A stretch of 63,090 nucleotides of DNA, the filler included. It is 7 parts of 7 records of this genome, joined end to end, with 100 filler letters (N's around TTAATTAATTAA, not from the genome) between each part and the next. Parts side by side here need not be neighbours in the genome. Positions count along the whole stretch, not along the records: positions 12,744 to 21,849 come from SRR31156797_31234; positions 21,950 to 30,200 come from SRR31156797_31247; 5 more parts are not named here. The stretch is one strand, 5' to 3'. Positions within the stretch are counted from its first letter, which is position 1. Each line of letters opens with the position of its first letter. Made by a program: the position numbers and the translations under genes. Shown one piece after another: positions 17,818-26,540 of the stretch. Below the pieces are notes generated by a model. It saw nothing but the letters and a program-made list of their open reading frames with translations. It made no database searches and was not told the origin of the DNA.

Positions 17818-19827
17818 TTAACGGTTATGTTGTGCGTTAATAAACTGACGACAACGTTCACTGCTTGGATTATTGAACAACTTGGAGGGATGCCCTTCAT
17901 CCTCAATAATACCCTGATGAAGAAATGCCACATGTGACGAAACCTCTCGGGCAAATGCCATCTCATGAGTAACCAGAATCATGGTGCGCCCTTCTTCCGC
18001 CAGAGAGCGGATGACTTTCAGCACTTCCCCCACTAACTCTGGATCGAGCGCCGATGTTGGCTCATCAAATAGCATCGCTTTCGGTTCTACCGCTAACGCT
18101 CGCGCAATAGCAACTCGTTGTTGCTGACCACCTGAAAGAAAGCCCGGATAAGCATCTTTTTTGTGTGCCATACCGACTCTCTCTAACAAGGCCATTGCTC
18201 TGTCGATGGCTTCTGCCTTAGATTCTCCAAATACGTGGATCGGTGCTTCAATCAGGTTTTCCAATACGGTTCTATGTGGCCATAAATTGAAGTTTTGGAA
18301 TACCATCCCTAATCGAGAACGAATATCGAGAATCTGTTTAGGATTACGGATAAACGGTTCGCCCTTATGGTCGACATCTGTTTCAATCCCCTCACCGTTG
18401 ACATAAACCAAGCCCTGATTAGGTACTTCTAACATATTGATGCAACGCAATAAGGTACTTTTACCTGAGCCTGAACCGCCAATCAGTGAAATAACATCCC
18501 CTTGACGAGCCGTCAGAGAAACACCTTTAAGCACTTCGTTATCACCAAATTTCTTGTGCAGGTCGACAACCTCAATCACTTTCTCAGGCTTTTTCAGTTT
18601 TATCGCTTCTGGGCTGCTTGAAAACAGTGACGATTTAAACGATTTTGGCTGTTCAAAGTCCAAACCGGAAATGTAGATTTTAATTCGCTCACACGCTTCA
18701 ACTAAGCGGTCTTCACCAATGGCAAAAGAAAGTCGAATAAAACCACTGGCAGCTTTGCCAAAAGCCGCTGCGTCAAGCGTAGCCACCAGCTGACTATCAA
18801 ATAAACCCCAGATAAACTGCTCGGAAGTGACAGGTAGCTCCCGGATGTCTAACAAAACAAACATCCCTGCATCTGGCTTCATCACTTTCAACGATGGACA
18901 ATCGCTTAAGTGCTCAATAACTAAGTCACAGCGTCGTTGATACACTTCTCGCATCTGAGTTGAGATTTCATCAAAGTGTTCGATCGCCGTAATCGCGGCT
19001 TTTTGTATAAAGCCCGGTAAGCCATAGAACATATTCAAAGCCAAGCGTTCTATATGCTCGGTGAGTTCTCTGTTTGCGATAACCCAACCAGATCGCCAAC
19101 CTGTCATCGCATGAGATTTAGATAAACTACTGATCACCACAGTTCGTTCTGCCATGCCCGGCAAGTCACGAATATTGAGATGTGGTTTGTCAAAATTCAG
19201 ATAACCGTACACTTCATCGGAAACCACCCATAAATCAAACTCTTTTGCCAAGTCTGCAATAGCCTGAATCTCGCTAAGATCCATCATTCGGCCTGTTGGG
19301 TTATTAGGGTTGGCAAAGAATATTGCTTTGGTTTTTGCGGTAACTGCCTGACGAAGAGCGTCCGCATCAAGCCTGAAGTAATCGTCACCAAGCGTTGGTA
19401 CAGAAACCACTTTAGCGCCTGTTGCCTGAAGTGTTGCCTGATAAGTGACGTAAGAAGGGTCAAGCATTAAGACTTCATCACCTTCACTCAATATACATTG
19501 AGCGGTGGAGTACAAGCCATTTTGAGTGCCGGGTACGATGATGATTTCATCCCGCGAGACAGAAGACTTAGCAGTGCGATTATAATGTTCGGCAATTGCG
19601 TCACGAAGTTCATCATAACCACGCATTTCGGTGTAGTGTGTCTCACCACTTTTTAGAGCATTAATCGCTTCATTAGTGACAACATCAGGGGTATTAAACT
19701 CTGGGTCCCCTACGCTCAAGATAATCACATCCTGACCGTTTTGCTGTGCCTCAAGCGCTTTAGTATGAATTAGCCACGCATCACCGCCTTCACTTTTAAT
19801 GCGCTCAACTAATGGAGAATATTCCAT
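17818..19827 (-). CDS. Fusion: AruH-like class I/II PLP aminotransferase (~aa 1-388) + HisP-type ABC ATPase (~aa 415-669)
   Basis: N-terminal half has LSVGDP.F, NPNNPTG, SDEVY and SLSKSHAMTGWR. C-terminal half has GGSGSGKST, VFQNFNL, LSGGQQQR, LFDEP and VTHEM. One uninterrupted frame. Confidence 0.9.
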   Translation of the reverse strand: MEYSPLVERIKSEGGDAWLIHTKALEAQQNGQDVIILSVGDPEFNTPDVVTNEAINALKSGETHYTEMRGYDELRDAIAEHYNRTAKSSVSRDEIIIVPGTQNGLYSTAQCILSEGDEVLMLDPSYVTYQATLQATGAKVVSVPTLGDDYFRLDADALRQAVTAKTKAIFFANPNNPTGRMMDLSEIQAIADLAKEFDLWVVSDEVYGYLNFDKPHLNIRDLPGMAERTVVISSLSKSHAMTGWRSGWVIANRELTEHIERLALNMFYGLPGFIQKAAITAIEHFDEISTQMREVYQRRCDLVIEHLSDCPSLKVMKPDAGMFVLLDIRELPVTSEQFIWGLFDSQLVATLDAAAFGKAASGFIRLSFAIGEDRLVEACERIKIYISGLDFEQPKSFKSSLFSSSPEAIKLKKPEKVIEVVDLHKKFGDNEVLKGVSLTARQGDVISLIGGSGSGKSTLLRCINMLEVPNQGLVYVNGEGIETDVDHKGEPFIRNPKQILDIRSRLGMVFQNFNLWPHRTVLENLIEAPIHVFGESKAEAIDRAMALLERVGMAHKKDAYPGFLSGGQQQRVAIARALAVEPKAMLFDEPTSALDPELVGEVLKVIRSLAEEGRTMILVTHEMAFAREVSSHVAFLHQGIIEDEGHPSKLFNNPSSERCRQFINAQHNR

Positions 19828-19885
19828 TTTGCTCTCCTTCTATTATCCCGTTTCCTTACGGATTAAAAATCAGCCTAATAGAAAA

Positions 19886-19934
19886 TGAACGGTCGTTCAA
19901 TAGCGTAAAATCCATTATTTATACGATCGTTCAA
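19886..19934. promoter_or_regulatory. Two related palindromic operators, probably for the TetR
   Basis: TGAACG-GT-CGTTCA (19886-19899) and TTATACG-AT-CGTTCAA (19919-19934) upstream of the operon. Confidence 0.65.
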
Positions 19935-20185
19935 CAAGCAATAATTTGGTGCAAAAAGCCATTATATTGGTGCATCAAAAACACTGATAAACAATTAATT
20001 TTAAAGGGTAAATTTAGATATTACTGTGGAACTCCCAATCTCAGTGCAAAAAACTTTTTTTGTTTTTTTTCTTGCTACTGGTGACAAGTCAGGGAAGTAA
20101 AATATGGGATATCTAAGAGATGAGTTGAGTAAGGCTAACCCGCCTTTTTGTACAGGCTCTGAAGTGGAAGGAACTCTCTTCTTGC

Positions 20186-20689
20186 CTACTTCATTAAGTC
20201 ACAAATTTCCTTGAGATGTTTTACTCGTATAAGCTTATGGTAATCCTCCGTCTTTTCCGAATCTGAACTAAACCACACCGCATTAATCCCAGCGTCAATG
20301 GCTGGACCAATATCGTTATCGTAATTGTCTCCGACCATCACAACTTCATCGTAATTCACTCCAAGTTGTTGAACAATTTTATGGAAAAATTCCGGGCTCC
20401 CTTTACCAATGCCTAAGTTCGCCTTACAGAAGTACCCGTCGATATATTGATCCAAACCGACTCGTTCAAAAGCCAACTTAATGTCTTGCTCGGTAGAATC
20501 GGCTGCATTCGTTGCGACATAAATCGAGCAAGACTCAGATAAATGCCTTAACGTTTCTCTCGCACCATCCACAGCTTGAACGTTTTCCCACTCACACATC
20601 TTTCCCTTTTGATCTGGGAAGTCAATCATCAGGGTATCGCCCCAATCAAACAAATAGACTTTTGGCACGTATCTCTCCCTATATCGCAA
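20186..20689 (-). CDS. HAD family hydrolase
   Basis: FDWGDTL, ATNA and MVGD...DI..A..AG motifs. Confidence 0.88.
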   Translation of the reverse strand: MRYRERYVPKVYLFDWGDTLMIDFPDQKGKMCEWENVQAVDGARETLRHLSESCSIYVATNAADSTEQDIKLAFERVGLDQYIDGYFCKANLGIGKGSPEFFHKIVQQLGVNYDEVVMVGDNYDNDIGPAIDAGINAVWFSSDSEKTEDYHKLIRVKHLKEICDLMK

Positions 20690-20691
20690 AA

Positions 20692-21249
20692 CTATTTACT
20701 CTGCTTCAACCACTGCTTCTTTGTAATTCCATAAAGGCAATGACGGACTAACGGATGATCCGGTTCCACCTTTGGATGATTAAAATCCTGTTTGGTATCC
20801 GTCATACCCAGCTTCATCATCACTCGCTGCGAAGGCAGATTCGTTTTGGTGGTAAACGCGTACACCACAGGAGAGTCCAGCTGGTCAAAAGCAAACTCTA
20901 ACGCTTTTTGCGCTGCTTCTGGCGCGTAACCGCATCCCCAATGTTCGGATGCCAACCGCCAACCAATTTCAACAAAGGGCGCATTAGGAATTCCACTGTT
21001 CTCATCCTGATAATGTAAACCGACGAAACCAATAAATTGACCTGTCGACTTCAATTCAACCGCCCAGAAACCCCACCCCCTTTCAGTAATCAGGTTTTGA
21101 ATAATACTCATCTGTTCATCGCTTTCCTGAAATGTAAGAGGGGATACAAAATACCTCATGACATGATCATCAGCGCATAATTCAGCGTAAGGTTGTAAGT
21201 CTTCACTCTTCCAGTGACGAAGTATGAGCCTGCTTGTTTCCATTTTCAT
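20692..21249 (-). CDS. GNAT acetyltransferase (RimJ/RimL-like)
   Basis: ETSRLILR, FIGFVGL, EIGWRL...WG.GYA.EAA and N..SQRVM.KLGM. Confidence 0.9.
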   Translation of the reverse strand: MKMETSRLILRHWKSEDLQPYAELCADDHVMRYFVSPLTFQESDEQMSIIQNLITERGWGFWAVELKSTGQFIGFVGLHYQDENSGIPNAPFVEIGWRLASEHWGCGYAPEAAQKALEFAFDQLDSPVVYAFTTKTNLPSQRVMMKLGMTDTKQDFNHPKVEPDHPLVRHCLYGITKKQWLKQSK

Positions 21250-21281
21250 TCAGCATTCCAAAACTAAAAACAGACGCTAAT

Positions 21282-21315
21282 AAAAAAGCCACCTTGTCGA
21301 ATAACTCGGTGGCTT
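21282..21315 (-). terminator. Terminator after trpB
   Basis: AAAAAAGCCACC...GGTGGCTT. Confidence 0.7.
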
Positions 21316-21332
21316 ATAAACTTAATTAGCGT

Positions 21333-21849
21333 TTAAGTGAGTGATTCAATACCGTATTTTGCACCATAGTTTTCTACAACGAAATCAATATCTTTGTCGC
21401 CACGTCCTGACAAGTTAATCAAGATCGAACCTTTTAAGCCTTGTTTTGCTAACTTGGTGGCGTAAGCCACTGCATGAGAGGATTCGATAGCCGGAATGAT
21501 CCCTTCTGCGCGAGATAACTCAAAGAATGCATCAATAGCTTCTTCGTCGGTTACCGTGCCATAGCTAGCTCGACCAGCATCTTTTAGGTAACTATGTTGG
21601 GGGCCAACAGATGGATAATCCAAACCACTTGCTACGGAATACACTTCTTGCGGCTCACCGTTATCATCCTTCAGCATGTAAGATTTAAATCCGTGCATCA
21701 CACCTGGCTCGCCCATAGAAAGCGTTGCAGCATGTTCACCAACTAAGTCTAACGAGCGGCCGGCTGGCTCAACACCATGAATCGCCACTTGTTTATCGTC
21801 CAAAAACGCACTGAAGAGCCCCATTGCATTTGAACCACCACCAACACAA
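21333..21849 (-). CDS. trpB: Tryptophan synthase beta chain (C-terminal part; 5'-truncated)
   Basis: [34 protein letters not shown] and NLSGRGDKD. Confidence 0.9.
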
Positions 21850-21949
21850 NNNNNNNNNNNNNNNNNNNNNNNNNNNNNNNNNNNNNNNNNNNNTTAATTA
21901 ATTAANNNNNNNNNNNNNNNNNNNNNNNNNNNNNNNNNNNNNNNNNNNN
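21850..21949. other. Artificial contig linker
   Basis: 44 N + TTAATTAATTAA + 44 N. Confidence 0.98.
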
Positions 21950-22000
21950 AAAAACATCAGAAAAGGTCGTTTAGAAGTGGATATTAGTGTTACGGTTTAA
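21950..22000 (+). CDS. 3' end of a truncated gene (...KNIRKGRLEVDISVTV*)
   Basis: Open frame from the contig edge, followed immediately by a strong terminator. Confidence 0.5.
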   Translation, partial: KNIRKGRLEVDISVTV

Positions 22001-22014
22001 TACCTACATACCCT

Positions 22015-22046
22015 AAAAAAAGCCGAATTAACCTTCGGCTTTTTTT
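22015..22046 (+). terminator. Intrinsic terminator
   Basis: AAAAAAAGCCGAA-TTAACC-TTCGGCTTTTTTT. Confidence 0.85.
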
Positions 22047-22061
22047 ATGCCTATATGCTCA

Positions 22062-22176
22062 GATTATCTGATCCAGTACCTCATGATTGTCTGACACGGT
22101 ACCTCATGATTGTTTGACCCGATACCTCATGGTTGTTTGATCCAATACCTCATGGTTATCTGACACGAGTACTACA
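22062..22176. repeat. Five degenerate 23-bp tandem repeats
   Basis: GATTATCTGATCCAGTACCTCAT / GATTGTCTGACACGGTACCTCAT / GATTGTTTGACCCGATACCTCAT / GGTTGTTTGATCCAATACCTCAT / GGTTATCTGACACGAGTACTACA. Confidence 0.9.
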
Positions 22177-22317
22177 GATAGTATGAGCAGTGTGCTCAAG
22201 GTTTGTTAGTATGTTATATCTGATGATGAACCTTGTATTTAGATACAAGTTTTCAGGACTTAGATTGATTTAACTGACCCTCATTTATACCTATAATCTA
22301 CCTTTTTGCCTTGCTAT

Positions 22318-23967
22318 TTATTTTAATAATTCATCCAGTACTTTTCTTACCTCGTTGGCATTCGGACTTATCGCTAGTATTTTACCCTCCTGGTCAACCA
22401 AAAATGTGCCGCCCCCGGAGTTACCAAGACCATATTTTTCCCATAGTTTACCCTTATCGTTGAATTCAATTAAGTTTAACCATGGGTAATTGTCTTTTTT
22501 AGCTGCATTTACTCCGGCCGATAAATCTCTTTCCCTTGCAATACCTACAATTGTAAACCCTTTATCTTTATAGGCTTCATAAATGGGAATCATACTCATC
22601 GCTTTTTTTCGGCATGGCCCACACCACGAAGCCCAGAAATCAACCAAAGCTACTTTACCCTTTATTTGTTCCGAAAGTTGAACAGGGTTCCCTGAAAAAT
22701 CGGGAGCTGAAAAATCAAGGAATGTACCGCCTACCTTAATGGATAAATAGCTATTAACCAGGTTTTCCATTTTTATGGTATATGGATGTGTAGGATACTT
22801 TTTTGCAAAAACGGATTGGTATAGTGCTATATATTCCGAAACCTTGTCTTTATGACGATCAAGAAACTCACCCAACCTATTAACCAACAAACTGTAGGTC
22901 ATAATGGAAACATTTTCTTTGATATATTGCATTTCCCAATGACAAGCCTTCATATACATAGCTTCATTCTCCTTATTGAGTTGAATGGCTTCAGGAGTAT
23001 ATGCCTCGCCTGAATCTGCCATTTTATACAAAATGGTGCGCAGACTATCTTGTTTTGTTCTATCATCAGCTTTCTCAACTTTCTTTTCAAGTTTCATAAA
23101 CTCTTTAGTGTAGTACTCTTTAGCAGCATACAAATGATCCATCTTTTTATTTAACTCTTCTGTCTCTTTCATGAATGAATTTTTAAAGAGTGAATCCTGT
23201 AAGGCCATATAATCATTATAAGCGGTATTAAGGGCACCACCTTGTACAACATTCTGCTCGTATTCTTCCATAGGAAAAAGGGTAAAATTTATTGTATCTG
23301 CATCGGTGAAGAATTTAACCGGTCTCCAGGCTCCATTCATCGACTCATCGAAAAAAGTGAGTTCGTATGATTCCTGATGATTACATCGCAATACATATTC
23401 AAACTTTCCGTCGTTTATAGGGATATATTTTGCCGAAACCCGATCATCACCCCGTTCTTTAGTCAGTATTAAGCGACTGCTATAAGGGCGGTTTATCACC
23501 TCTCCTTTTAAAGTACATTGTATAGCGGTTACTGGTGGTGGCGTTTTAAATGTCTTAATACCTAAAATACGAAAAGCCCTATCAAATTCACCTTCCATAA
23601 AGTCAAATGAAGTTTCCTCTTTTAGCAAGGGTTCTGTATATAGGGTAAAGGATAAATGTCCTGTAATAGGCATGGTTACCCGTTCATCTAGCTTATATCC
23701 CTCGGAACTTAACAGTTTATAGATATGCCCTGATTGTCCTTTCAGGTAACTCCCTGAATAAATAGATACCCATGCGTCAGGGTTTGTTGAGCTATAGAAA
23801 TCGCAATGTAAAACAGTAACAGAATCTCGTAATTCTAATTTATTAATAGCAAAGGCTATTGTATTGCTTGCTTCAAAATCAGGATACTCAATAATGTTAT
23901 TTTGAGCTTTGATAGTTGTGTTGTTTAGTATTAAGCCTAAACACATTAAGAATAATAATTTCTGCAT
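22318..23967 (-). CDS. Secreted TlpA/ResA-like thiol-disulfide oxidoreductase with N-terminal accessory domains
   Basis: Signal peptide; C-terminal LVDFWASWCGPCR and FLVDQEGKI. Confidence 0.88.
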   Translation of the reverse strand: MQKLLFLMCLGLILNNTTIKAQNNIIEYPDFEASNTIAFAINKLELRDSVTVLHCDFYSSTNPDAWVSIYSGSYLKGQSGHIYKLLSSEGYKLDERVTMPITGHLSFTLYTEPLLKEETSFDFMEGEFDRAFRILGIKTFKTPPPVTAIQCTLKGEVINRPYSSRLILTKERGDDRVSAKYIPINDGKFEYVLRCNHQESYELTFFDESMNGAWRPVKFFTDADTINFTLFPMEEYEQNVVQGGALNTAYNDYMALQDSLFKNSFMKETEELNKKMDHLYAAKEYYTKEFMKLEKKVEKADDRTKQDSLRTILYKMADSGEAYTPEAIQLNKENEAMYMKACHWEMQYIKENVSIMTYSLLVNRLGEFLDRHKDKVSEYIALYQSVFAKKYPTHPYTIKMENLVNSYLSIKVGGTFLDFSAPDFSGNPVQLSEQIKGKVALVDFWASWCGPCRKKAMSMIPIYEAYKDKGFTIVGIARERDLSAGVNAAKKDNYPWLNLIEFNDKGKLWEKYGLGNSGGGTFLVDQEGKILAISPNANEVRKVLDELLK

Positions 23968-24112
23968 AGTTTAAATATGTTAATTAGTTATTGATAGTAT
24001 TATTTTTAATGGTATTCTAGTCTTTTAATTTATGGTTGGCGAACTAATGGAAATTAAACAAGCTTTAAAATCTTCTACTATTAGTAAAAGTTTAATTAGC
24101 TATTTAAGCTTC

Positions 24113-25498
24113 TTACTCTACGCTAAATACCATATTATTAAAATCAAAAATGGCTTTATTGCAGTATTTAAAAATATCATTTCCTAAAACGCCACCTTCA
24201 ATAGTGCCATCTCTATTATCATTTTCTTTGTCTTTTGATACGGTACAGTCGTTTATCATTGTTATCTTTTTGTCGTTAATTTGAATCTCAATTTCAGGGC
24301 ACTGGTATAAATCCCTGTTATATATACTTCCCTCATCGCAGCCGCCAATAAAACCTGTTTCTTGTTTCGCTTCTGTTTCAGTCGATATACCTTGTTTGTG
24401 ATTCTCGTAAAAATCACTACCAATTGATAATCCACCATATGCACCCGTATCAAAAAAATGAAAGAAGTTATCATTACATATCTTCATATTCATGTAGAGT
24501 CTGCCGCTATAAGCCATCTTTTTATCTATGCCGCCTTCACTTATACATAAATTCCGTTGTTTAGGAGATGTGTTATTTACAGGAAATGACATTGTATTTT
24601 TTTCAAAATCAAACTCAATAACACCTAGCTTTTTGATAATCGGCATACCGAGTACTACGTCAAACTTAGAATTCAATATCGAATCACAAGTAGTTTGATA
24701 ATGATTAGTGCTATCTACACTTTCAATATTAACGGTAACCGGGACATTGCTTATAATGAATTTTCCTAAAATAAGGCTGTCTATTGTGCCAGTAAGAGCT
24801 TTCGTATTCCCATTTAGCAATAAAGTGTCGGCATAATTGAATTTCACGCCAATTCTTTCAGCTGTTGCTCTATTAAATATATAGCAGGTGCTAAAACCTG
24901 TGTCGAAATAAGTTCGTAAATCAACGCCGTTCCATTGGGCATTAAAATAAATTCCGTTATCGGATGTACTGGGTGATAATTCAACTTCTCCATTGTTATA
25001 TGATCTTTTATCAACGATTTCCGGAATTATTACTTTACTCTTCCAATCGTTAAATGTGCTAGCTGCAATCTCTAAATCTTGTATTAAAGTAGAGGATTCT
25101 ATGGTTGTATCGCTTTGCACAAGATTGATCATTTTTCGGCATAATATTTCGCCTTTCTCAAATTCTTGTTCTCTGGCACAAATATGTAATAAATAATTAC
25201 CTATTCCCGATATTAAAGTAGGTGTATCTTCGTTTCGTAAATTCTTCTCTAACAATTGCTCGTAAGCATGAATACTTTGGAGCGGTTGATTAAACGCTTT
25301 ACTTGTTTCGGCTACATATAAGAGTTTTACAAATTCGTTATTGATACTATCCTTATGTTGATGGTAATATTGGTCAATTTCAAACCATTTTTTAGTTGAA
25401 ATTAAATCGAATAATTCTTGATTATAATTAACCTGTTGTGCTGAAGTCAATGCACTTATTAATATGACAAGAAGGAGGGTTAAATTTATTTTTCGCAT
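24113..25498 (-). CDS. Secreted two-domain retropepsin-like aspartic protease
   Basis: Signal peptide; two FDTG motifs, each with a downstream hydrophobic-G motif (VVLG, GVLGND). Confidence 0.8.
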   Translation of the reverse strand: MRKINLTLLLVILISALTSAQQVNYNQELFDLISTKKWFEIDQYYHQHKDSINNEFVKLLYVAETSKAFNQPLQSIHAYEQLLEKNLRNEDTPTLISGIGNYLLHICAREQEFEKGEILCRKMINLVQSDTTIESSTLIQDLEIAASTFNDWKSKVIIPEIVDKRSYNNGEVELSPSTSDNGIYFNAQWNGVDLRTYFDTGFSTCYIFNRATAERIGVKFNYADTLLLNGNTKALTGTIDSLILGKFIISNVPVTVNIESVDSTNHYQTTCDSILNSKFDVVLGMPIIKKLGVIEFDFEKNTMSFPVNNTSPKQRNLCISEGGIDKKMAYSGRLYMNMKICNDNFFHFFDTGAYGGLSIGSDFYENHKQGISTETEAKQETGFIGGCDEGSIYNRDLYQCPEIEIQINDKKITMINDCTVSKDKENDNRDGTIEGGVLGNDIFKYCNKAIFDFNNMVFSVE

Positions 25499-25537
25499 TA
25501 GATTAGTGTTTGTTCTATTTTAAGTGATTTATAGAGT

Positions 25538-26086
25538 TTATTCCCCTTTTAAATATTGTTGTGTTGTTTTTACAGAGGCATAGAAATAGTTTAAGGCTGC
25601 CAAAAAACTATTTTGTACATCGGCTGCTTTAACTTCTGCTCCATTTACTTCCAGGTCTTTTGTTGCACAGGCATCGCAGATTAATTCAATGTTAAAGCCA
25701 AAATCTTTAGCTGCTCTTGTGGTGGCATCCACACACATGTGGGTCATCATACCACAAATAACCAAGTCTGTAATATTTTCACTTTTTAGATACTTCAGTA
25801 ATTCGGTTTCTCTAAAACTATTGGGATAATGCTTTATAATCACTTTTTCCTGAGCTACTGGTTTTACGTTTTCATGTATTTCAGCACCTATCGTTTCCGG
25901 CAAAAAGAATGTGGCTGTTGGTCTTGTGGCAATATGTTGTATATGCACAATCGGTAAGTTATGCGCTCTAAAGCTTTCCAGTATATGTTTTGCATTTATA
26001 CTTGCTTCGTCGGCATCAACAAGTGGCATTGTTCCTTTTTCGAAATAGTCGTTCTGAATATCAATAATGATTAAGGCTTTTTTCAT
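25538..26086 (-). CDS. Isochorismatase-family cysteine hydrolase
   Basis: ALIIIDIQNDYF, KHYPNSF and GMMTHMCVDAT. Confidence 0.92.
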   Translation of the reverse strand: MKKALIIIDIQNDYFEKGTMPLVDADEASINAKHILESFRAHNLPIVHIQHIATRPTATFFLPETIGAEIHENVKPVAQEKVIIKHYPNSFRETELLKYLKSENITDLVICGMMTHMCVDATTRAAKDFGFNIELICDACATKDLEVNGAEVKAADVQNSFLAALNYFYASVKTTQQYLKGE

Positions 26087-26119
26087 ATGGAGGTTTATTA
26101 ATTATTCTATGTTGATCGC

Positions 26120-26292
26120 TTAATCTATAGTTTTTCTTTTATTGCTTTTCGCCAAAAGTAAACAAACTGCTAATATCTGATAAAAGTGATAGACGCATTA
26201 CTAATCTTAAGGTCTGGAATATATGTCAAAAGGTGAAATACAATACTTATAGCTAAAAGTATGATACCAATAAAGTAAAAAAAACGAGTCAT
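26120..26292 (-). pseudogene. Possible remnant of a small membrane-protein gene
   Basis: ATG frame MTRFFYFIGIILLAISIVFHLLTYIPDL... stops after 40 aa. A different frame gives a hydrophobic/basic tail YQILAVCLLLAKSNKRKTID*. Confidence 0.3.
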
Positions 26293-26489
26293 TTTCTGGG
26301 TTAAGTTTACTGAATTAAAAAGCCTCTACATTACAATAAACACTATATGTGTATAGCGTTTTCTTAAGATTTGTATAAACAATCACCCAATATACATAAT
26401 ATTTCGACATGTGAAGTGTGGATTGTTAAGGAGAATTCGTTTTGTAGAGATACGAATATAATATGCAATAACATATTTAGTAAACAACA

Positions 26490-26510
26490 AAAGCCCTTAA
26501 AAAGGGCTTT
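26490..26510 (-). terminator. Terminator
   Basis: AAAGCCCTT-AAA-AAGGGCTTT downstream of the XRE-propeller gene. Confidence 0.55.
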
Positions 26511-26540
26511 ATGAAGTATAATTTGTCTTGGTGTATCTAT

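Noticed and set aside
22062-22176. 23-bp array as a CRISPR
   Set aside because: The units are head-to-tail with no unique spacers, and no cas genes are visible.
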